DNA of 64,000 nt from Squalus acanthias (Eukaryota). The DNA lies in the NCBI GenBank assembly GCA_030390025.1, contig CM059432.1, positions 2,852,001 to 2,916,000 on the forward strand. The letters run 5' to 3'. Below are positions 49,135 through 62,399 of this stretch, piece by piece (the first letter of the stretch is position 1; every line of letters begins with the position of its first letter). The notes under the pieces are model-generated. The model was not told the DNA's origin, searched no databases, and worked only from the letters and a program-made list of their open reading frames with translations. The translations under genes were made by a program, and so were the position numbers.

Positions 49135-50850
49135 TAAAAGAGAGAGGTGGAGAAGGCCCAGGACAGAGCGCGGACCTGAGCGGGAGCGGAGGCAGCGGCA
49201 GCAGCATAAAGGGAGCTGAGCAGCGATTCAAAAAAAAAAGACAAGGAGTGATGAAAGCTGGGAACTGGTTGGTAAAGGTCACACCGCATTTTTTTTCTCC
49301 AAGTTAGGGGCTGGGGTTAAATAGCTGGAATGGGATAAAGCAGGAGCTTGGAGATTAGTAACTGTTAATACTACATTAACTTAGTAACTGTTAATACTAT
49401 ATTATATTAATAACTTGAATTAGATACATCTTGGTCTTAAGTTTCTGTAAAGTTAGTTAATAGTCGAATAAATAAAAGCATGGCAGGGCAGCTTGGTCCA
49501 GCGGAGTGCACATCCTGGGCCATGTGGGAACTCCAGGACGCTTCCCGAGTCTGGACAACAACGTGTGCAGGAACTGTCGTCAGCTGGAGGAGCTCGAGCT
49601 CCGGGTTTTGGAGCCTGAACAGCAGCCGGCGTCACTGCGGTGCATCCGCGAGGCTGAACGCTACGTGGATAGCACGTTTCAGGAGGTGGTCACCCCGCAG
49701 CTAATGAGTGCACAGGCAGAGAGGGAATGGGTGACCGCCAGACAGAAGAGGAGGACCAGGCAGGAGTCCCCCGAGTGCATCTCGCTCTCCAACCAGTATT
49801 CTGTTCTGAGTACTGGTGGGGGCGATGGTTCCTCTGGGGAGTGCAGCCAGAGACAAGTCCGTGGCACCACGGGTGTCTCAGCTGTACGGGGGTGGGGTGG
49901 AGGGTGGAGGAGGAAGATAGGGAAAGCAATAGTGGTAGGGGATTCGATAGTTAGGGGAGCTTACAGGCGTTTCTGCAGCCGCAGACGTGACTCCAGGATG
50001 GTGTGTTGCCTCCCTGGTGCCAGGGTTAAGGATGTCACTGACCGGCTGCAGAACATTCTGAGGGGGGAGGGTGAACAGCCAGAGGTCGTGGTCCATATCG
50101 GTACCAATGACATAGGTAGAAAGAGGGATGAGGACCTGCAGGCAGATTTGAGGGAGCTAGGAAATAGATTAAAAAGCAGGACTTCAAAAGGTAGTAATCT
50201 CCGGATTACTCCTGATGCCACGCGCGAGTGAGTATAAAAATAGGAGGATAGAGCAGGTGAATGCGTGGCTGGAGAGATGGTGCAGGAGGAAGGGCTTCAG
50301 AACCTGGGACATTGGGACCGGTTCTGGGGGAGGTGGGACCTGTACAGGCCGGATGGGTTGCACCTCAATAGAGCCGGTACCAATATCCTCACGGGGAGGT
50401 TTGCTGGTGCGGTTGGGAAGGGTTTAAACTAAGTTGGCAGGGGGATGGGCACCAGGATGTAGCATCAGAAAGGAGAAACAAGGTGCACAAAGGATTGGGA
50501 GAGACTGATAGCACTAGAGTAAGAAATAGTACGGTATTAGGTGGGGGCAGACTAAAAGAGAACACAGGATGGTCTAAGATAGGTTTACAGTGCATATGTG
50601 TAAAGCATATTAAACAAGGTTGGTGAGCTGCAGGCGCAAATAGTCACATGGGAATATGATGTCGTGGCAATAATGGAGACCTGGCTCAAAAAAGAGCAGG
50701 ATTGGATATTAAATATTCCTGGATATAAGGTGTTCAGGAAAGATAGGGAAGGAAAGATAGCGGGTGGTGTGGCAGTATTGGTTAAGGAGAATGTTACAGT
50801 GCTGGAGAGAGAGGATGTCCTGGAGGGGTCAAGGACAGAATCTATATATA
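49135..50850 (+). mobile_element. CR1 5' portion (5' UTR, ORF1 zinc finger + SGNH esterase, start of ORF2)
   Basis: AECTSWAMWE, VCRNC, IVVGDSIVRG, VVVHIGTNDIG; endonuclease start IMETWL...NIPGY. Confidence 0.85.
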
Positions 50851-50854
50851 TTTT

Positions 50855-50952
50855 TTTTATTTGTTTTTTGTGGGATGTGGGCATCGCTGGCAAGGCCAGC
50901 ATTTATTGCCCATCCCACAGTGCTGTTCGGTAAGGAGTTCCAGGATTTGGCC
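50855..50952 (-). mobile_element. LINE 3' fragment (same family as 43190-43478)
   Basis: SWNSLPNSTVG and tail. Confidence 0.55.
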
Positions 50953-51590
50953 CAGGGATCCTGGGCTTCATGAATAGAGGTATAGAGTACAAAAGCGTGG
51001 AAATGATGATGAACCTGTAAAAAACACTGGTTCGGCCTCAACTGGAGTATTGTGTCCAATTCTGGGCACTGCATTTTAGGAAGGATGTGAAGGGCTTAGA
51101 GAGGGTGCAGAAAAGATTTACGAGAATGATTCCAGGGATGAGGGACTTCAGTTACGTGGATAGACTGGAGAGCTGGGATTGTTCTCCTTAGAGTAGAGAA
51201 GATTGAGAGGAGATTTGATAAGAGGTTTTTAAAATCATGAGGGGTCTGAACAGAGTAGATAGAGAGAAACTGTTCCCATTGGCAGAAGGGTCGAGAACCA
51301 GAGGGGACAGATTTAAGGTGATTGGCAAAAGAGCCAAAGGCGACACGAGGAAAAACTTTTTTACTCAGCGAGTGGTTAGGATCTGGTATGCGCTGCCTGA
51401 AAGGGTGGTGGAGGCAGATTCAATCACGGCTTTCAAAAGGGAATTGGATAAGTGTCTGAAGGAAAAGAATTTGCAGGGCTACGGGGAAAGGGTGGGGGAG
51501 TGGGACTAGCTGAAGTGCTCTTGCAGAGAGCCGGCACGAGCTCGACGGGCCGAATGGCCTCCTTCCATGCTGTAACCATTCTATGATTGT
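50953..51590 (+). mobile_element. CR1 3' fragment
   Basis: Very similar to 29580-30220. Confidence 0.85.
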
Positions 51591-51691
51591 ATTCACAGTA
51601 TTTTGCTTTTGTATGGCCGTCAGCTTCTGGTTCTGTCACTCTAATTGTTAGAACTGATAGACATTAAAGTTCTCCTAGCCGGAGAAACATA

Positions 51692-52502
51692 GGGCGCGAT
51701 CTTGCCAGCCCTGGGGAGGCGGGACTGCCGGGAAATTGGCAGAATCTGGGGGTGGGTGCCCATCCCGCCCCCCAACCTGCCTCCGTGCCATCTTCCCGGG
51801 AGGCGGGTAGCCGACCCGCGCCGGGTCCCGTCTCCTGGAGGCGGGAAGGGAATTACAGCCACTTAACTGCCTGTTAACATGTAGTTACCAGGATTATCCC
51901 CATTTTTCCAACAGAGGCGCGGGCTTCCCGACGTCGGGAAACCACACCAGGGTCAGCGAGGCGAGCAGTGGGTCTGAGGGGTGCAAGTGCGCTGTGGAGG
52001 TGAGTGATGGGTGCAAGTGTGGAGAGGTAAGTATGTGAGGTGAGTGAAAAGTGATAGAAAATGTTTACTTACCTTTGTTTCTTCCTGCAGACTTCAGTCG
52101 GTGGGGATGCGGAGAGTCTCGCACCTCCGCGGCAGAGATGACAGATAGCTGCTGCATTCTCCAATGCAACAACCATCTAATTTCTGCTAAAGAAAGAGGT
52201 TTGATGAGTCTTGAATACAAGGACTCATCAAACAACATAGAATGTCAGTGTTTGACAGCTTCACAGTGCTGTCAAACGATGACAATTCATCTGTCAAAAA
52301 TTTTTTGACAGATGAAACGTCACACGCTGACGTTCTCTGTAACCGGCTTCCCCTTAATTAGCCTGCTAGCCCGCTGGGCGGGCTTAACAAGGTCAATCAA
52401 GGGAAAATAGCGTGGGTTGGCCACAAGTCGATGGAGGCGGGACAACGACCCGACAAGCAGCAGTCCCGCCTCCAACACGCCCCCATTGGCAAAATCGCCC
52501 CC
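51692..52502. mobile_element. Non-autonomous Harbinger-like element (copy 2, inverted relative to copy 1)
   Basis: TIR-like GGGCGCGATCTTGCCA / TGGCAAAATCGCCCCC, flanks ATA/AAA; collinear with the reverse complement of 20261-21077. Confidence 0.75.
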
Positions 52503-52544
52503 AAAGTGTACAAAAGAGCCACTTACAGGGTGAGCATTTGTGAA

Positions 52545-54590
52545 GGCTAAGTCATGTCTGACTATTCTAGTTGAATTTTTTGAGGAGGTCGCTCACATGG
52601 TGAATAGGAGAATGTCTGATTGTTGCCTGTATGGACTTCCGAAAGGCATTTGATAAGGTTCTGCGCAACAAGAACAGCAACTTGTATTTATATAGCGCCA
52701 TTAACACAGTAAAACGTCCCAAGGCGCTTCATAGGAGCGATTATCAAACAAAATTTGACACCGAGCCACATAAGGAGATATCAGGACAGCTGACAAAAGC
52801 TTGGTCAAACAGGAAGGTTTTAAGGAGCGTCTTAAAGGAGGAGAGAGAGGTAGCGAGGCGGAGAGGCTTAGGCACGGCCGCCAAAGGTGGAGCGATTAAA
52901 ATCGGGGATGTTCAAGAGACCAGAATTGGAGGAGCGCAGAGATCTCGGAGGGTTGTAGGGCTGGAGGAGATTACAGAGATAGGGAAGGGCGAGTCCATGG
53001 AGGGAGTTAGCAAACGAGATATTTAGCAAAATTAAAAGCGCACGAAATTAGAGTTACTCTTGTGACATGGGTTGATAATTGGTTGGGAGGTAGGGGACAG
53101 AGAGTAGGAATAAAAGGAATGTACACTGATTGGCAGGATGTGACAAGTGGTGTTCCCCCGGGGATCTGTACTGGGCCCTTAGCTTTTCACAATATATATC
53201 AATGACTTGCATGAAGGAATAGAGAGTTGCATATCCAAGTTCGTAGGTGGCACCAACTTAGGACGCACAGTAAATGGTGTAGATGGAAGCGGAAAGGGAC
53301 ATAGACGGATTAAGTGAGTGGGCAAAACTGTAGCAGATAGAGTTCAATGTGGGGGAAGTACGAGGTCAACCACTTTGGTCCCAAGAATGACAAATCGGAA
53401 TATTTTCTAAATGGCAAGAGACTAGTGGAGGAGCAAATGGATTTGGGTGTTCATGGACACGAATCACTAACGTGGCAATGGACGGGCAATAAATGCCGGC
53501 CTTGCCAGCGACGCCCACATCCCATGAACGAATTTAAAAAAACAGCTAGTACACAGGCACAAAACGCAATCAACAAAGCTTATGGAATGCTGGCCTTTAT
53601 CTCAAGGAGGCTGGATTACAGAGGAGAGGAAGTTATGGTTCAGTTGTACAGAGCCTTGGTCAAACCCCAGTTTTGGGCACCGCACTTTAGGAAAGATATA
53701 TTGGCCTTGGAGGGGGTGCAGCGCAGATTCACCCAAATGATACAGGGGCATAAAGGGTTAAATCAGATATAAATTTGGCTTGTATTCCCTTGAGTTTAGA
53801 AGTTTGAGGGCTGATCTAATTCAGGTGTTTAATATTATAAAGGGATTCAATAGGGTAGAGAGAAACTATTTCCTCTGGTGGGGGCAGTCTAGAACAAGGG
53901 GGCAGAACCTTAAAATTAGAACCAGGCCGTTCAGGGGTGATGTCAGGAAGCACATTTGCACACAAAGGGCAGTGCAACTCTCCCCCCCACCCCCCCCCAA
54001 AAGGATGCTGGGACAATTGACACTTTCAAGACTGAGATTGATAGATTTTTGTTAGGTAAGGGTACTCGCTGGAGTTTAGAAGAATGGGAGGGGATCTCAT
54101 TGAAACTTATAACATTCTGACAGGACAGGACAAACTAGATGCAGGAAGGATGTTCCCGATGGTCGGGGAGTCCAGAACCAGGGGTCACAGTCTAAGGATA
54201 AAGGGGTAAGCCATTTAGGACAGAAATGAGGAGGAATTTCTTCACCCAGAGTGGTGAACCTGTGGAATTCTCTGCCACAGAAGGCAGTAGAGGCCAATTC
54301 ATTAAATAGATTCAAGAAGGAGTTGGATATATTTCTTAAGGCTAAAGGGATCAAGGGAAATGGGGAGAAAGCAGGGACAAGGTACTGAATTTGGATGATC
54401 AGCCATGATTGCATTGAATGGTGGAGCAGGCTAGAGGGGCCGAATGGCCTACTCCTGCTCCTATCTTCTATGATTCTAAGGGAATTGGTCAATGGCGGGT
54501 AAAATGGAGTTAAGATACAGATCAGCCATGATCTGATTGAATGGCGGAACAGGCTCGAGGGGCTGAATGGCCTCCTCCTGTTCCTATGAC
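52545..54590 (+). mobile_element. Decayed CR1 with nested L2 (52667-53010, -), LINE tail (53480-53540) and younger CR1 end (54064-54480)
   Basis: RT motifs MDFRKAFDKV, VMVQLYRALVKP; two separate 3' UTRs. Confidence 0.75.
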
Positions 54591-54810
54591 CTAACTCTTT
54601 TTTTGGTTTGGCGCATTGGTATTTAAATTAAGATAAGCAATCCTTTCCCATTGTTTTTTAAAAACGTTATAAATAAACTGTGAGCCGCAACGGAAAATGT
54701 ATAACAACAAATTGGGCAATGGGGAGCATCTAATAACATTGTGTAATATTGGTTGTATCACAAGGCGTCCTATGTAAGCTGCAAGGATTGACGGCAGACT
54801 ACTGTGCTCT

Positions 54811-55230
54811 GAAGAACATAAGAATTAGGAGCAGGAGTCGGCCATCCGGCCCCTCGAGCCTGCTCCGCCATTCAATAAGATCATGGCTGATCTTCGACCT
54901 CAACTCCACTTTCCCGCCCGATCCCCATATCCCTTGATTCCCCACGAGTCCAAAAATCTATCGATTTCAGCCTTGAATATACTCAACGATTCAGCATCCA
55001 CAGCCCTCTGGGGCAGAGAATTCCAAAGATTCACAACCCTCTGAGTGAAGAAATTCCTCCTCATCTCAGTCTTAAATGGCCGACCCCTTATCCTGAGACT
55101 ATGACCCCTGGTTCTAAATTCTCCAGCCAGGGGAAACAGCCTCTCACCATCTACCCTGTCAATCCCCCTCAGAATTTTATATGTTGCAATAAGATCACCT
55201 CTCATTCTTCTAAATTCCAGAGAGTATAGG
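54811..55230 (-). mobile_element. CR1 3' fragment
   Basis: [14 protein letters not shown]...FFTQRVVNLWNSLP. Confidence 0.85.
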
Positions 55231-55474
55231 CACATAATTGTGAATTATCAACCCAGTGATATGTTGGTCTTTGGAGCCTTGTTATGTTGCCCAACAATCT
55301 CTTACCATAATAATTCATATCACATCGCCGCCACTGTTTTTCATTTTTCAGGTGTTTATAAAGGGACTCAATAGGATAGATACAGAGAAACTGTTTCCTC
55401 TGGTGGGGGAACCTAGACAAGGGGCACAATCTTCTGATTAGAGTGGAAAATGGATGGAACGCCTGAATATGGAA

Positions 55475-55942
55475 AAAAAGACTTGCATTTATATAGCGCC
55501 TTTCATGACCTCAGGACATCCCAAAGTACTAGGAAGTCAATGAAGTACTTTTTGAAATATAGTCACTGTTGTAATGTAGGAACTACGGCAGCCAATTTGT
55601 ACGCAGCGAGCTCCCACAAACAGCAATGTGATAATGATCAGATAATCTGTTTCTAGTGATGTTGGTTGAGGGATAAATATTGGCCCCAGGACACCGGGGA
55701 GAACTCCCCTGCTCTTCTTCGAATTAGCGCCATGGAATCTTTTACGTCCACCTGAGAGAGCAGACGGGGCCTTGGTTTAACGTCTCATCTGAAAGACAGC
55801 ACCTCCGACAGTGCGGCGCTCCCTCAGCACGGCACTGGAGTGTCAGCCTGGATTTTGTGCTCGAGTCTCTGGAGTGGGGACTCGAACCCACAACCTTCTG
55901 ACTCAGAGGCAAGAGCGCTGCCCACTGAGCCACGGCTGACAC
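55475..55942 (-). mobile_element. Full-length Deu-domain tRNA SINE
   Basis: Pol III A box TGGCTCAGTGG, B box GGTTCGAGTCC, Deu core, L2-like tail. Confidence 0.85.
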
Positions 55943-55963
55943 TGTGGCCGAATCTATTATCAT

Positions 55964-56260
55964 ACAACAACAACAACTTGTATTTATATAGCGCCTTTAA
56001 CGCAGTAAAACGTCCCAAGGCGCTTCACAGGAGTATTTTAAGACAAAAAATTTGACACTGAACCACATAAGGATAAATTAGGGCAGGTGACCAAAAGCCT
56101 GGTCAAAGAGGTAGGTTTTAAGGAGCGTTTTAAAAGAGGAAAGAGGGGTAGCGAGGCGGAGAGGTTTAGGCGGGGAATTCCAGAGCTTAGAGCCTCGGCA
56201 ACAGCAGGCACGGCCACCAAAGGTTGAGCGATTAGAATCAGGGATGCTCAAGAGGGCAGA
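55964..56260 (-). mobile_element. L2 3' fragment
   Basis: (AAC)n tail, FKTLLKTYLF. Confidence 0.8.
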
Positions 56261-57249
56261 ATACAGCACAGAAGGAGGCCATTCGTCCCATTGTTCCTGT
56301 GTCGGCTCTCTATCAAATTAGTCCCACTCGCCCTGCTCTTTCCCCACAGCACCTGCAAATTTTTCCCCACAACAGGTATCTATTAAATGACTGTTTTACA
56401 AAAAAAAAGAACGGATTGATCAGATGGAAAAGGGACATGATTTGTTTTTGTTTATATTTATCAATCTGATGTGGGCACTTGTCTCAGACAATTTAATTCA
56501 AAGTATCTCTTGATTGCTTCCCGAGATTTCTCTCTGTCTCTCTCTCTCTGAAATCACACGAAGCCTCACCGCTTAGAAAGAGACATCAGCTAAACTTATC
56601 TTTTCACCTTTATAACGCGGCAAGTGTTTTTCTTTATATTGGGTGGGTGTAAAAAAAAAAAGTACAGGTCAGGAAATAAAATGCGTTCCTCCAACGGCGT
56701 TAGAAACGTGCTAAAATAATTGATTCTCTCAAAATGAAGAACCTGATTTCAGCAAGCGCTAAAGGGGAATATTGATCCTTTATTATTAATGGTACAAACG
56801 CTTTGCAGCGATCATTCCGTGAGGTAATCAGTGTTCAGAGGAAAGTACAATGGCAGATGTAAACCAGACTATAAAGATGGATACTAGAGAACACACACAC
56901 CCACGCTCAACACACTTGTTAAACTATTAATAGCACACCGTGCAAAAAAAAAACACACCGAAGTGTTGTTTCGCCAGCTGCAAACACACCCGCTGGAAGT
57001 AAATAATAAAAGGACTCGAAAGCCATGTTAAAAGGGCGATGCCTCACAGTTGTGCGTGAATCTATCATTAGCATTGCTCCCTGAATGCCAACCTGCAGCG
57101 GAGAAAGCCTTCCGTTAGATTGGCAGTAACTTATTTCTCCAATAATCATGCCCCCACCCCACTTTGTGGGTCCCATCAGGTGACCTCGGACTGTTTTGAC
57201 GAGGAATATCTGACAGCAGCGGATTTCCTACGCCTTCCTTCAAGGCGCT

Positions 57250-57507
57250 TGGCAGAAGAACCAGAGGTGAGGTGAGATGAGGGGATTTTAAAAAAAAAAC
57301 AGCAGCGGGCTGTTGTGAACAGGAATGCGCTGCCTGAAAGGGCGGTGGAAGCAGATTCAATAGTAACTTTCAAAAGGGAACTGGATAATTACTTGAAGGA
57401 GAACAATTTGCAGGGGGGAGTGGGACTAATTGAAGAGCTCTTTCAAAGAGCTGGCACAGGCATGATGGGCCGAATGGCCTCCTCCTCGTGCTGTATCATT
57501 CTATGAT
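57250..57507 (+). mobile_element. CR1 3' fragment
   Basis: NALPERAVEADSIVTFKRELD. Confidence 0.75.
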
Positions 57508-57664
57508 TACTCAACACATGAGGCACCTGCTATGGTTGGATTACTTTGCCTTGTTCTACAATCAGCACTAAAAAATACCAATCACTACAATCTTTGTAGT
57601 GAGGATGTCCACTTTCAGCGAAAGGAGTGAAGAGGTGAAACGACTGCAAGAAAGATGTAGAAAA

Positions 57665-58126
57665 GAAAGAGAAAAACTTACATTTAATCAACGCCTTGCA
57701 CGACCTCAGGACGTCTCAAAGCGCTTTACAGCCAATGAAGTACTTTTGAAATGTAGGAAACGCGGCAGCCAATTGCGCACAGCAAGCTCCCACAAACAGC
57801 AATGTGATAATGACCAGATAATCTGTTTTTGTGATGTTGATTGAGGAATAAATATTGGCCCCCGGACACCGGGGAGAACTCCCCTGCTCTTCTGTGAAAT
57901 AGTGGCCGTGGGATCTTTTACGTCCACCTGAGAGAGCAGACGGGGCCTCGGTTTAACGTCTCATCCGAAAGACGGCACCTCCGACAGTGCAGCACTCCCT
58001 CAGTACTGCACTGGGAGTGTCAGCCTAGATTTTGTTCTCAAGTTTCTGGAGTGGGACTATTGAACCCACAACCTTCTGACTCAGAGGCGAGAGAGAGAGT
58101 GCTACCCACTGAGCCACGGCTGACAC
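57665..58126 (-). mobile_element. Full-length Deu-domain tRNA SINE
   Basis: tRNA head, Deu core, tail. Confidence 0.85.
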
Positions 58127-58224
58127 AGAGCTTCTCCTGCATATATCCCACAAAAGCCAAATATTGACTCATCCGTTTTATATTTGTTATACGTCTGTGT
58201 ACCGTATGCAGACATGTATTAAAT

Positions 58225-58741
58225 AAAACTCTGCTGCCCGTGTCCTAACTCGCACCAAGTCCTGTTCTCCCATCACCTTCGTGCTCGCTGACCTACATTG
58301 GCTCCCGGTCCGGCAACACCTCAAATTTAAAATTCTCATCCTCGTGTTCAAATCCCTCCATGGCCTCGCCCCCTCCCTGTCTATGTAATCTCCTCCAGCC
58401 CTACAACTGCACCCACCCCCACCCCTGAGATCTCTGCGCTCCTCCAATTCTGGCCTCTTGAGCATCCCCCGATTTTAATCGCTCCACCATTGGCGGCCGT
58501 GCCTTCAGCTGCCTGGGCCCTAAGCTCTGGAATTCCCTCCCTAAACCTCTCCGCCTCTCTACCTCTCTCTCCTCCTTTAAGACGCTCCTTAAAACCGACC
58601 TCTTTGACCAAGCTTTTGGTCACCTGCCCTAAAATCTCCTTATGTGGCTCGGTGTCAAATTTTGTCTGATAATCGTTCCTGTGAAGCACCCTGGGACGTT
58701 TTACTACGTTAAAGGCGCTGTATAAATACAAGTTGTTGTTG
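58225..58741 (+). mobile_element. L2 3' fragment
   Basis: LADLHWLPV...FKSLHGLAP; (TTG)n tail. Confidence 0.8.
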
Positions 58742-59412
58742 AATGTTTGGTGGACACAGGCAATAATATTATTATTTTAGTTATAAGTTTCCTTAATTTT
58801 ATGATTTAGTTTTGTATTGGTTGTGCCCCTTTAAAAGGGACCACATTTGTTTGGTTACACTGGGACAACCCAGTGTCTCCTTATCGTTAATTTAGAAATA
58901 GTCGAACAGACCAGATGCATTTTAAAGAAATATGGAGGGGGGGTTATAGGGTGTCGCCTGCCGAACAAACACTGTCCCGGTCCCCTGAGCATTTATTCCG
59001 CTTGCAGCCACAGAAAGCTCTACTCTTACCATTGCAGTTTTATATTCAATCGCACAGTCCATATATAGGTGCAATTAAAAAAACTTTACTAACTGCATGT
59101 GAGGATGAAGACAAGAGATTTTAGGTAGATTTGCATTCCATCACTAACCCCCGTCACTCATTTCCCCAGCTACAATCCGATCTCTGGCGCGCTCTCTCTC
59201 TATCCTCTTAAGTGTTTATTAATAAAATGTCCAGAGAGTGCAAGGTGAGCTCTTCCTGGACAGCTGTCTCTATCGCTTCTGGAGTGGGTGGGCAACATAG
59301 GAACAGGAGGAGGCCATTCAGCCCCTTGAACCTGTTTCCCCCCCACCCCACCCCCCTTCAATCAATCAGATTGGGGCTGATCTGCATGGGGGGGTGAGAC
59401 CTTTATTATTTA

Positions 59413-59670
59413 ACAAAGTGGAGGAGAAGCATCCGGGAAGGCGCCGAACACCTCGAGTCTCTTCGCCGGGAGCAAGCGGAAGCCAAGCGCAGGCAGCGCA
59501 AGGAGCGCACGTCAACCCAAGCACCCCACCCACCTGCCCCTTCAACCACCGTCTGCCCCACCTGTGACAGAGACTGTAGGTCCCGCATTGGACTCAGCAG
59601 TCACCTGAGAACTCATGTTTAGTGTGGAAGCAAGTCATCCTCGGTTCCGAGGGACTGCCTCAGAAGAAGG
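59413..59670 (+). mobile_element. RTE-clade LINE 3' fragment
   Basis: Near-identical to 3383-3640. Confidence 0.85.
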
Positions 59671-60249
59671 ATTTAACCGTTATTTTTGAACAAACAGCTC
59701 ACTGGCAGAGTGCTATTCAAAGAGCTAGCACAGGCACGATGGGCCGAAGGGCCGCCTACTGCAATTCTATGATGATAAAGGCAAGTCAATAGGAGCCTGA
59801 CCCAAGCAGTGACTACTGCACACATCTCAGGATCCATAAAGAAAGCAGAGGGCGAGGAAACTAGACATATATATATATATAGATAGATAGTTTTATAAAA
59901 TATGTATTTATAAATATGTAGTAGATAAACACAGAGACAGAAGAGGGCGAAGCTAATAGTTCAGACGATATGGGAAATACAAAGAGGTTATTGAGTGGAT
60001 GGGTATTGACATGTGTGGAAAACTAGCTCCTGTTAACAATTAACCCCTGGGGCATTAAATCTGCCTCGACAATGGCCTCTTTCATTAAGCAGGATCTGGG
60101 GCAGTTTGAAATGGAGACTGGCACAGAGAAAAAAACCCATGGCAGAGGCAGCCGGTGGGCCCCACCGCAAGCAGGGAATGTTTTCGCTTTGCAGAAAGGT
60201 CGGTGCTGGCTGGTGTCGGGTTTCACACACACACAGGCCCTGGGAAAGG

Positions 60250-60670
60250 ACAGGACAGGCAGAGCAAGGCGAGGGCAGGAAGGGAGAGGGGCAGGCAGGG
60301 CAGGGCAGGGCAGGCAGAGCAAGGCGAGGGCAGGCAGGGAGAGGGGAAGGGAGAGGGGCAGGGCAGGCAGAGCAAGGCGAGGGCAGGCAGGGAGAGGGGC
60401 AGGGCAGGGCAGGCAGGGAGAGGGGAAGGGCAGGGAGAGGGGCAGGGAGAAGGGAGGGAGAGGGGCAGGGCAGGCAGGTAGAGGGGCAGGGCAGGGAGAG
60501 GGAGACGGGAGGGTGAGGGAGAAGGGAGGGGGTGAGGGGAGGATGAAAGGGAGGGGGTGAGGGGAGGATGAAAGGGAGGGGGTGAGGGGAGGATGAGAGG
60601 GAAGGGTGAGGGGGGAGGGTGAGGGGAGGGGAAGGAGAGGGGAAGGGAGGGAGAAAGGGCAGGACAGGCC
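60250..60670 (+). repeat. Purine-rich tandem repeat (GGGCA/GGCA/GGGAGAG units)
   Basis: Direct reading. Confidence 0.85.
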
Positions 60671-60774
60671 ATCATAAAGCAAGGCAGCCAGCACGTCCCT
60701 GAATGCAGCGCTGTGTGGAAGGGAAGGGGAGCAGGAGATGTGAAGGAGCAGCGATTGCCCTGGCTCCTGGCTCA

Positions 60775-61525
60775 GTGTGAGAGGAGGAGAGTGCGTGAGA
60801 GAGGAGAGAGTGTGAGAGTGTGTGTGTGTGAGAGAGGATAGAGAGGGAGTGTGTAAGTGAGAGGAGAGAGAGTGTGTGAGTGAGAGGAGAGAGTGAGTGT
60901 GTGAGAGAGTGTGTAAGTGAGAGGAGAGAGAGTGTGTGAGTGAGAGGAGAGAGAGTGTGTGTGAGAGGAGAGGAGAGGGAATGTGTGTGAGAGAGGAGGA
61001 GAGTGTGTGCAAGAGGAGAGGAGAGGGAATGTGTGTGAGAGAGGAGGAGAGTGTGTGTGAGAGAGAGGGAGTGTGTGAGAGAGGAGGAGAGTGTGAGAGA
61101 GAGAGGGAGTGTGTGAGAGAGGAGGAGAGTGTGAGAGAGGAGGAGAGAGAGGGAGTGTGTGTGAGAGAGTGTGAGAGAGGAGAGAGAGGGAGTGTGTGTG
61201 AGGAGGAGCGAGAGTGTGAGAGGAGAGAGAGGGAGTGTGTGAGAGAGAGGAGAGGGAGGGAGTGTGAGAGAGAGAGGAGAGGGAGTATGTGAGAGAGAGT
61301 GAGTGTGTGAGAGAGAGGAGAGGGAGTATGTGAGAGAGGAGAGAGAGGGAGTGTGTGAGAGGAGAGAGAGGGAGTGTGTGAGAGAGAGAGAGGGAGTGTG
61401 TGAGAGAGAGGAGAGAGAGAGAGTGTGTGAGAGAGAGAGTGTGTGAGAGAGAGAGAGAGAGAGTGTGAGAGAGAGTGTGAGAGAGGAGAGAGAGAGAGTG
61501 TGAGAGAGAGTGTGAGAGAGGAGAG
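60775..61525 (+). repeat. Compound (GA)n/(GT)n low-complexity array
   Basis: Direct reading. Confidence 0.9.
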
Positions 61526-61852
61526 GTTCGGTTCTCCCGGTGTGGGGGTGGGTTATTAATGAGCAGTATCAATGGATGGGAGCCCCCACCCCGCGCAAAA
61601 CCAGATCTCCCTCTAGGATGTCAAGCAGGGGAAAGGAGAAGAGTCTGTGTCTGTGTCTCTCTGTCTGTCTGTCTGTCTCCTGTCTGTCTGCGGTGCTGAG
61701 ATCCGAGTGCTCGGCACATGCGTGAAAGCAGCAGCGTCCCCCAAAGTCCCAGCAACACACAAATCACAACACACACACACACACACAGAGGCTTTTTCCT
61801 TTGCCTTCTCCTCCTCCTCCTCCTCCTGCACACACACACACCATTGCCTTAC

Positions 61853-61952
61853 CTGGAACATCAGCTTGTGCTGCAGCCGCTTCTCGCAGCCCCTGCTCTG
61901 ATCAGCTCGGTTCCAGCTCCTCGGCAGAGAAATGCAACGACCCAATAGCTGG
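61853..61952 (-). other. Candidate host-gene exon (5' UTR/start exon)
   Basis: Minus-strand polypyrimidine tract + AG acceptor (61953-61954); ends ATG TTC CAG|GTAAGG; non-repetitive context. Confidence 0.35.
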
Positions 61953-62399
61953 CTTAAGGTAGGCGAAAAAAAAGAAAGGGAGAGAGAGAGAGAGAGAGAG
62001 AAATAGTTGCTGCAGGGCTTTCGAACCCCCCAAGGCAAGGATCAGGACACAATTAGCTCATTGCCTCTTCTCGTCTCACCCAATCTGCAGGAAAAAAAAG
62101 TTACATTTAATTAACCGTTCACCCAGGTGCATCAAGGATTTCTCTCTGTTTTTGTGCTGGTTTTTTTCTGGCTGTGTGTTAATTTTTTGCATTTTTTCTT
62201 TATTTTTTTTTGCAATCACATTTGTTAATTTCGCTTCCTGTGTGTGCAACAGTCTCCCTCCCGTCAGCCCCCAACTCGCTCACTCTCCCTCCCTCTCTCT
62301 CTGCAGAAAGCTGATTTTAATCGTTATGATTAGTTTTGATGTGATGTTTCCTGCAGGCGATTCTCTCTGCGAATTGCATCGAGCGTTTCTTTGCCAGGG

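Noticed and set aside
55860..55942. tRNA genes at tRNA-like heads (also 547, 23775, 47040, 58050)
   Set aside because: Each continues into a SINE body and tail; they are SINE promoters
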